Below, in pieces: positions 57,505 through 64,000 of a DNA stretch of 64,000 nucleotides. A program made the position numbers and the translations under genes. A model generated the notes under the pieces. It saw only the letters and a program-made list of their open reading frames with translations, was not told the origin of the DNA and made no database searches. Source of the DNA: an uncultured Methanosarcinales archaeon (GTDB lineage: Archaea; Nanobdellota; Nanobdellia; Woesearchaeales; ARS49); contig CAYGVI010000003.1 in assembly GCA_964353335.1 (NCBI GenBank), positions 419,694 through 483,693 on the forward strand, given 5' to 3'. Each line of letters starts with the position of its first letter. Position 1 is the first letter of the stretch.

Positions 57505-58359
57505 ATGCCTCGTGTGCAAAGCCCAAGCTCGATAGGCTGCTTCAAGCAGTGCCGAAGGAAGTATTATTACCAGTACATTGCCGCGCTTGAGACAAAGCCA
57601 AACGTGCACCAGGTCCGCGGCAACATCGCGCACTCTGTCCTTGAGACTTTCTTTGACCAGGATGTTACAAGGCTCACGCTTGACTCATTTGAGCTTGGTT
57701 TGATGGAGATAATGCAGGACCTTTTGCTGCGCGAGTGGCAGAAGGCAGACGCAAAGCTGAAATCACTGGGCCTTACACCTGTGCAAAGGCAGTTCTATTT
57801 CGAGGACACATTGCTTATGCTTCTCAACTGGCTAAATCATTTTGTCCGCAAGGTCTACACTCTTGCAGGCTCTTTCCCTGAGCGTTTTGCAAAGCTCACC
57901 CCAATCCGCGAGGAATTGATTATGAGCGACACATTGAAGGCAAAGGGAATCATTGACGCGATTGAGGAATACGAAGGGCAGGTAAGGATAATGGACTACA
58001 AGACAAGCAGCCACAGCGACGAGGAGGAATACCGCCTGCAATTGGCAATTTACACTTTGCTGTATCACGAAAAGCACGGAAAGCTGCCTGACAAGGCAGG
58101 GATTTACTTCCTGAAAGACAGGCCGAAGTTTATTGACGTTGACGAGTCATTGCTTGCTCTTGCAAGGAGGGAAATCGGGCTGATTCACAAGCACACCCAG
58201 TCAGACAAGGTCATTGACTATCCCCGAAGCCCGAGCAAGCTTTGCAAGTGGTCAACAGGGCAGTGTGATTTCTTGGCGGTCTGCAAGCCGTTTGACCCGC
58301 ACCCTGACGAGCAGGCATTTATTTCAGAGGCTGAGATGATAAAGAAGGCAGCCGACTAA
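57505..58359 (+). CDS. PD-(D/E)XK nuclease, RecB/Cas4-like
   Basis: SPSS...C.RKY, G...H, GIIDAI, DYKTS, QL.IY, C-terminal C..C..C. Confidence 0.85.
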   Translation: MPRVQSPSSIGCFKQCRRKYYYQYIAALETKPNVHQVRGNIAHSVLETFFDQDVTRLTLDSFELGLMEIMQDLLLREWQKADAKLKSLGLTPVQRQFYFEDTLLMLLNWLNHFVRKVYTLAGSFPERFAKLTPIREELIMSDTLKAKGIIDAIEEYEGQVRIMDYKTSSHSDEEEYRLQLAIYTLLYHEKHGKLPDKAGIYFLKDRPKFIDVDESLLALARREIGLIHKHTQSDKVIDYPRSPSKLCKWSTGQCDFLAVCKPFDPHPDEQAFISEAEMIKKAAD

Positions 58360-58390
58360 TTTTTATACTCAATTATTCGCACATAGGGGT

Positions 58391-59005
58391 ATGGCTATCA
58401 AGGATGTCATTCTCGCGATGGAAGAGATAGGATTTACCAGCGTCATCCTGCCATTTGTTATAATATTCACTGTCGTATTCGCTGTCCTGCAGAAGAGCAG
58501 GGTTCTTGGCGCTGATTCCAAAGGCAATCCGAAAGCCAACTACAACGCGATGGTTGCGTTTATTATCGCTTTCTTTGCGCTGATAATGTTTAAGACATTG
58601 AGCGTGATGAACTATTTCATACGCTATGTCGCGGTTTTGCTTTTTATCTTCATAATCTTGGGGATAGTCCTGTCTTTTATCGGCGGGCACGTTCATATGA
58701 GCGGAGCGATAAAATCAATCGCGCTCGGCCTGATACTTATAGTCCTGCTTGAGGCGCTTGTGATGGGCGGAATGATTCCTGAAGACATCGCCTATAGGGT
58801 TATCATGCCGTTATTGGTGGCATTGCTTATCGCAGCAGGGCTCATAGCAATGATGACAAGCGGAAAAGGCGAGAAGAAAAAGCAGGAAAAAAGATCAGAG
58901 GAAAAAGTGGAGAAGAAACAGGAGAAAAGGCCAGAGAGTAAAGGGAAGAAAGTTATTGGCCCTGAATTGCCTGAGTCAGAAATGACTGAACTCCTGAGGC
59001 AATAG
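58391..59005 (+). CDS. Multi-TM membrane protein
   Basis: ILPF.IIFTVVFAVLQK..VLG motif, about five TM, charged tail. Confidence 0.7.
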   Translation: MAIKDVILAMEEIGFTSVILPFVIIFTVVFAVLQKSRVLGADSKGNPKANYNAMVAFIIAFFALIMFKTLSVMNYFIRYVAVLLFIFIILGIVLSFIGGHVHMSGAIKSIALGLILIVLLEALVMGGMIPEDIAYRVIMPLLVALLIAAGLIAMMTSGKGEKKKQEKRSEEKVEKKQEKRPESKGKKVIGPELPESEMTELLRQ

Positions 59006-59007
59006 AA

Positions 59008-59961
59008 TTAATTGTAAAATACGCTCTCGAAAGTATGCGGTTTATTGTCTGCTGTGAACTCTACCTTAACAGTTGCATTTGGACCCACATAAAGAAAATA
59101 CCTGTCTTTTTTGCGCATAACTATCGGTGCTCTAAGGTGATAGTGCCCGAATACGTTTAATGCCGGCTTGAATTTTTCATCAACTTCAACAGCGCCCTTG
59201 TCAACTCCGAATTTTGCCATGGGTTGTCCTTCCTTGTAATGAGGGTCCCATTGCTGGATTTCTGGCTTGTAAGCTTTGTGTGTGACAAAGACGTCAATTT
59301 TCCCAGTGTGCTTAAGCAGCATTTTGGCTAATTCAGATGTTTCTTTAGTGTCATAAAATTGCAAGTGCTGGTATAAATCAGGGAATTTGTTTGCTGCCTC
59401 AAAGGCTTCACCTGTTGCAGGAAGGCCTGCTATAACAAGTCCTTTGAATTCAGCGGTTTTTCCGAGCAGGTAATTGACTGCGCTTAGGCTTTTACGAGCT
59501 GAAAGAGGGTCGTGATTTCCTGATGTCCCAAATCCCAGAATGCCTGCCTGTTTGTAGTACTTGTTTATGCCTTCTGCGCGCGTATTGTAGTGGTTTATGA
59601 ATTCCTGCTTTGCTTCTTCCTCTGCGTTTAATACTTCGTTCACTGTAGGGTGATTTTGCAGGAAGTTCTGGACCTGTGCCTTTTTTCCCTCTGTTGGAGA
59701 CTCACTAAACTCCTGATAAAGCGCATTAAATTGCTGCAGTTCCTCTTCACTTGCCTTGCTTTCTGGCTGGTGCTTCCTTTTGAGCTCTTCAAGAATAATG
59801 TCTGACTCGAATCCAGCAATGTTGCCTTCTTCGTCTTGAACCTGCTGGTCAAGGTCGTCGCCTGCTGTTATCAGCGCGTCGCAGCCTTTTGCAAAGCCTG
59901 CTATCTGCTTTAATTTCTTCTCGTCGTTGTGGACGTCAGAAATGCACAGCAGGGTTGTCAT
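59008..59961 (-). CDS. Calcineurin-like metallophosphoesterase
   Basis: SDVH, AGD, GNHD, VTH, GHYH. Confidence 0.85.
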   Translation of the reverse strand: MTTLLCISDVHNDEKKLKQIAGFAKGCDALITAGDDLDQQVQDEEGNIAGFESDIILEELKRKHQPESKASEEELQQFNALYQEFSESPTEGKKAQVQNFLQNHPTVNEVLNAEEEAKQEFINHYNTRAEGINKYYKQAGILGFGTSGNHDPLSARKSLSAVNYLLGKTAEFKGLVIAGLPATGEAFEAANKFPDLYQHLQFYDTKETSELAKMLLKHTGKIDVFVTHKAYKPEIQQWDPHYKEGQPMAKFGVDKGAVEVDEKFKPALNVFGHYHLRAPIVMRKKDRYFLYVGPNATVKVEFTADNKPHTFESVFYN

Positions 59962-59972
59962 CGCTGACCCCC

Positions 59973-61694
59973 TTATAGCTGGTCAATGTACTTGCGCCTG
60001 CGTGTGAGCACCCAGATTTCTGTTGCCAGCACTCCTACAAGCACGAGTATGACCAAGCCAAGCAGCATTGCATAGCTGTTGCTGTTCTTGAACCCTGTGC
60101 TCTTAACCTCTGCAGTCGGCGTGATTACGTCAACGCTTTCCTGCCTTGGCTCTGGCTGTGGCTGGACAGCAGGCTGGACAGTCTGATTCTTTGCTACAGG
60201 CTTTGTAGGCTCAAGCGGTATGAATGTTATCGGCTGAGTCTTGTTTTGCTGTGTGACTGTGCGGGTTGTTCCAAGGACATTGAACCTTGCAACTGACTGT
60301 TCACAGTACAGTGCGCCGTTCTCGTCCTCTCCTTTTGCAGTCAGGATGAGCCTTATGCTTCCCTTTGCATCATCTTCAACAGTGCCGCTGAGTGTTGCCT
60401 CTTCCTCATCGTCAGCGTCTATCTCCACATTGTCGCTGTCGTCAAGGTCAAGCTCATCAGTGTCGCCTGTTGCGCTGACTTCTGCTTCAATCATCGGGTC
60501 GTCATTGCCGCTGAAGCGGTTCTTCAGCTCAACTATGACATCAACATCATCATTTGCGTAAACGTCGGCAAAACCTGACTCGATTTCTTTCTTCTGCCCG
60601 CCTGCAATCTCTGCGTAGACTGAAAGTATTGCGAGCTGGTTTTCAGCCTGCATCTTTACTTCCTGTGCTGCGCTTGCGTTCTGGCTGGTGCGGACTGTCA
60701 GGGTGCCGATGCTCATTGCTTTCTTGTTGCAGTCGCTGTCGACAGCGTCAAGGTCAAGCGGGACATATGCATTCAATGTTATTGTGGCTGTCTGCCCTGA
60801 AGCAAGGCTTGCAGGGATGCCTGTAAAGTTAAGCTTGTATTTTGCGTCAATTCCGCTGAAAGTGAATCCTGTCAATGCAGCAGTTCCTGTGTTTTGCACT
60901 GTGAACTGCGTGCTGATATTCTCTCCGCGCGTCTGTGAAGAGGAACCGAGTGTTGAAATCTGCGAAATGCTGAATGCAGCTCCCGGTGTTGGGGTTATCG
61001 GATTGCCTCCTGTCTGGTTTCCGCCAGTTTGATTTCCACCAGTCTGGTTGCCCCCTGTCTGGTTTCCACCGGTCTGGTTTGCAGGCGGTGTTACAGGCGG
61101 CTGAACAGGCGTGATAACAGGGAAATACTGCAACAGGTAAGTGCTTTCGCACGGCTGTGACCAGTTGCGACCATAGCCATATGTCTGGTTGTTGCATGAA
61201 TAGTCAATAAGCGGGATAAACTTTGACAGTGTGATGTTCTGGAGAGTGCCTCCAATAACTATGTCAGATGTCTGCAGTGGGAATGTTTTCCAGTTTGCAA
61301 GCACATATGCTGCTTTCCTGGTGTCATCTGCAGTGTTTCCAAATGCGACAATCTGGGCTGTGCCATTATGGTCGTAAAGCTTGATGCGGGCGTTTCCGTT
61401 TGCAACGCTGATGCTGTTATTTGTTATCTGAGTTGTGATGCTGTTCTTTCCGACGCTGATTATGTTCCTTCCGGTAATGTTGCTTATTTCGCTTGCAAGG
61501 ACTATGCTGTTCTGGATTCCCTGCTCGTTAAGTGAGTTTACTATTGTGTTGACGCTGACAACATCCTGTGTTGTTGCATTGTCGCCGACCACAACTGAAA
61601 CCTCGCTGAAAAAAGAGGGATAATTAGACAAATCAACTGCGAAAACCGCAGGTATTGTGAACAAAATTGCAAGGAATAAAGCAAGCTTTTTCAT
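59973..61694 (-). CDS. S-layer-like surface glycoprotein with C-terminal anchor
   Basis: Signal peptide, VVVGD.A...DV..LASE...ISVG, many sequons, Ig-like domains, C-terminal TM + RRRK. Confidence 0.75.
   Translation of the reverse strand: MKKLALFLAILFTIPAVFAVDLSNYPSFFSEVSVVVGDNATTQDVVSVNTIVNSLNEQGIQNSIVLASEISNITGRNIISVGKNSITTQITNNSISVANGNARIKLYDHNGTAQIVAFGNTADDTRKAAYVLANWKTFPLQTSDIVIGGTLQNITLSKFIPLIDYSCNNQTYGYGRNWSQPCESTYLLQYFPVITPVQPPVTPPANQTGGNQTGGNQTGGNQTGGNQTGGNPITPTPGAAFSISQISTLGSSSQTRGENISTQFTVQNTGTAALTGFTFSGIDAKYKLNFTGIPASLASGQTATITLNAYVPLDLDAVDSDCNKKAMSIGTLTVRTSQNASAAQEVKMQAENQLAILSVYAEIAGGQKKEIESGFADVYANDDVDVIVELKNRFSGNDDPMIEAEVSATGDTDELDLDDSDNVEIDADDEEEATLSGTVEDDAKGSIRLILTAKGEDENGALYCEQSVARFNVLGTTRTVTQQNKTQPITFIPLEPTKPVAKNQTVQPAVQPQPEPRQESVDVITPTAEVKSTGFKNSNSYAMLLGLVILVLVGVLATEIWVLTRRRKYIDQL
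61005..61079 (-). repeat. Coding tandem repeat (NQTGG)x5
   Basis: Five 15-bp units differing at synonymous positions. Confidence 0.9.
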
Positions 61695-61702
61695 TTTTTA
61701 CC

Positions 61703-62716
61703 TCATGCAGGCGCCACAGCAATGTCAGTCAGGGTTGTTCCTGTGACTTTGAGTGCGCTTGCGTTCATGTTGTACAAATCGTGCGTTGCGAGTGCGCGGC
61801 TAGCCTGCCTGACTTTCAGGTCATCAGAGCCGCTGACCATAAGGTACACGCTGCCGTCTGCGAGTTCAGCTGCCTGGATAAGCCCGCATCCCGGAGGAAG
61901 GACTTTTCCAACGCCGTCCCAGAGTGCTTTTACAGCAGGGTTGATTCCATACTGCCCGACAGCAAATCCATTGCTGCCTTTCAGGTCAGGAACCTCGCTC
62001 GCGAGCTTTCCTGTAACAATAGGCGCGGTGTAACCATAGTTTGTCTTTGCGTCTGCTATGAAGCGGTTTGAAATTTCAGTAGCAGCGACAATATCGCTTG
62101 CCGGAGCTGTGTCACCCACGACATTTATGATGCCTGGGTTTGGTCCGAACTGGAACAGCCTGTTAAGATAGTCAATTGCCTCAGAAGCATACATTGTGCT
62201 TGCGACCTGCTTGCCATTCCAGACCACATTTGGTTCCAGCGCGACAAGCGTGTCCTCTTCACTGCCTTTCTTCACAAGCCATTCGAGCTTGTAATTTCCA
62301 TTAGGTCCGTTCTTGACAGGGAAAACAAAAGGAGGTGTTGCAAGTCCAACGTCTTTTGTGAAGTTAAGACTTGGCGAGTAAAACTGCCAGTCAACCTTGC
62401 CTGTCGGGCTTGTGAGCCTCAAACCGACCATTGCGTCAGTAATGTCTTCTTTAGGATTGACAATAATATTGGAGTAGTGGCGCAGGTTTGTCTGCAGTGG
62501 CGGCTGTTCGTCCTGCTTGTATTTCAGCCCATCAACATTTGTTTCAAGAACATCAAACTTGCTTGCGAGCCCTGGTACAGGCGCTGTATAAGAGTCATCA
62601 TTAGAACTGTTGCATCCTGTGATTGCGTGCAATGGCGCAAGGAGTATCATTCCTGCTCCTGCTTTGCCCATATACCTAAGGAAATCGCGTCGATTGTAAT
62701 TAGTGTTCTGAGTCAT
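61703..62716 (-). CDS. Tat-signal lipoprotein with S-layer-like C-terminal domain
   Basis: NRRDFL twin-arginine motif, ITGC lipobox, VVGDTAPASDIVAA...LASE. Confidence 0.7.
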   Translation of the reverse strand: MTQNTNYNRRDFLRYMGKAGAGMILLAPLHAITGCNSSNDDSYTAPVPGLASKFDVLETNVDGLKYKQDEQPPLQTNLRHYSNIIVNPKEDITDAMVGLRLTSPTGKVDWQFYSPSLNFTKDVGLATPPFVFPVKNGPNGNYKLEWLVKKGSEEDTLVALEPNVVWNGKQVASTMYASEAIDYLNRLFQFGPNPGIINVVGDTAPASDIVAATEISNRFIADAKTNYGYTAPIVTGKLASEVPDLKGSNGFAVGQYGINPAVKALWDGVGKVLPPGCGLIQAAELADGSVYLMVSGSDDLKVRQASRALATHDLYNMNASALKVTGTTLTDIAVAPA

Positions 62717-62862
62717 TTTGGTCCACCCCAATAATGTTACTACTGTCAGGTTAGTATTAACCCCTATATAAATCTTTCTATTTTAACTACTGCGTGGGGG
62801 TAAAAGTATCTTTGTGTTTGTTCCCGCAAGGCTTTTAAATCATGAGAGGCTCAGGCAAAGCA

Positions 62863-64000
62863 ATGGCCAAAAGTTCTACTGATGTCAAGAATCGCAAGTC
62901 AGAGCGCTTTAGAAATAATGCGATTCTTGAGCACTCTCGGAAATCCGCTCAATCATATGACAAATCAGCGGATTTCCAAAGGTTTAAGACCACTGCTGAC
63001 CTGAAAGTCCCTGAGAGTATTGTTGACCAGGTCATAGGGCAGGAGGGCGCTGTTGAGATTATCCGCAAGGCAGCGATGCAGAGAAGGCACGTCCTGCTTA
63101 TTGGCGAGCCAGGCACAGGAAAGTCAATGCTCGGGCTGGCTCTTGCTGAATTGCTGCCAAAAGAGAAGCTTGTTGACGTGCTTGCACTGCCCAATCCAAA
63201 TGACGAGAACCAGCCTGTTATCCGCATTGTTCCTGCCGGCAAGGGCCGCGAGGTTGTGGCGCGCAGCAGGATGCAGATATCAGGAGCGTTCAGCGGAACA
63301 AACTGGTTCCTGCTGATACTTGCCATTATTATATCGCTGATTCCTTATTACCTGTATGCCAGAAAGATGTTTCCTTTTGACAATGCTGTTGTTTATGCAG
63401 CCTCAATGATTACAGGGATGGTTTTTGTCCTTGGCATTGCCCTTATAATTAGCCTGAGCAAACGCATAATGCCCCAGCAGAGGGTTGAGGTGCCAAAGGT
63501 TATCGTCGATAATTTCGGCAGGAAGACAGCGCCGTTCTGGGACGCGACAGGAGCCCACGCAGGAGCGCTTTTAGGCGATGTTTTGCACGACCCATTGCAG
63601 TCAGGCGGGCTTGGAACCCCTGCGCACGAAAGGGTTGTTGCTGGAATGATTCACAAGGCAAACATGGGAGTCCTTTTTGTTGACGAAATAGCGACTTTGC
63701 AGCCTGCGACACAGCAGGAATTATTGACTTCTTTGCAGGAAGGCAAGTATTCCATAACAGGCCAGTCTGAGAGGAGCTCTGGCGCAATGGTCCGCACAGA
63801 GCCAGTGCCGTGCAACTTTATTTTAGTCGCTGCTGGCAATGTTGAAACAGTCTCGCACATGCATCCTGCTTTGCGTTCAAGGATTCGCGGTTATGGCTAT
63901 GAAGTGTTCATGAAGGACACAATGCCTGACACTCCTGAAAACCGGCTAAAGATTGCCCGCTTTATCGCCCAGGAAGTTGAAAAGGACAAGAAAATCCCGC
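62863..64000 (+). CDS. lonB: Archaeal Lon protease LonB, partial (runs off the window)
   Basis: Not in ORF track; [22 protein letters not shown], two TM helices, [32 protein letters not shown]. Confidence 0.95.
   Translation, partial: MAKSSTDVKNRKSERFRNNAILEHSRKSAQSYDKSADFQRFKTTADLKVPESIVDQVIGQEGAVEIIRKAAMQRRHVLLIGEPGTGKSMLGLALAELLPKEKLVDVLALPNPNDENQPVIRIVPAGKGREVVARSRMQISGAFSGTNWFLLILAIIISLIPYYLYARKMFPFDNAVVYAASMITGMVFVLGIALIISLSKRIMPQQRVEVPKVIVDNFGRKTAPFWDATGAHAGALLGDVLHDPLQSGGLGTPAHERVVAGMIHKANMGVLFVDEIATLQPATQQELLTSLQEGKYSITGQSERSSGAMVRTEPVPCNFILVAAGNVETVSHMHPALRSRIRGYGYEVFMKDTMPDTPENRLKIARFIAQEVEKDKKIP
62883..62981 (+). repeat. Cruciform palindromic element, copy 3, inside the 5' end of lonB
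   Basis: TGTC-AAGAATCGCA...TGCGATTCTT-GAGCACTCTC-GGAAATCCGCT...AGCGGATTTCC. Confidence 0.8.

Noticed and set aside
57505..58359. CRISPR-Cas locus around the Cas4-like gene
   Set aside because: No cas1, cas2, effector genes or array in the window; stand-alone RecB-family nucleases are common in archaea.

Overview
Gene-dense archaeal chromosomal segment, most likely from a DPANN archaeon of Woesearchaeota type. That placement is inferred from the archaeal information-processing genes (aIF5B, aRF1, aIF5A, Rpo7/Spt4/Rpo11/Rpo12, L1/P0/L12, S24e/S27ae/L35ae/L37ae/L40e, class I CCA enzyme, LonB), the sparse metabolism and the many small exported Cys-rich proteins. I saw no rRNA, tRNA, CRISPR array, integrase or transposase. 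Most interesting signals: (1) a 41.2-44.8 kb locus where three winged-helix/HTH genes lie between the two largest non-coding blocks, which hold a 10-bp-phased TCCCA iteron-like array, a recurrent TTAGGCAC motif, a 14-bp inverted repeat and an AT-rich tract (candidate replication origin or centromere-like system); (2) a dispersed cruciform palindromic element in three copies with covarying arms, one read in frame at the start of lonB; (3) a uORF in frame with aRF1 but separated from it by two UAG codons (candidate release-factor autoregulation); (4) an array of pilin-like Cys-rich paralogues with constant N-termini and variable bodies. All calls are by eye from motifs; no database search was run.
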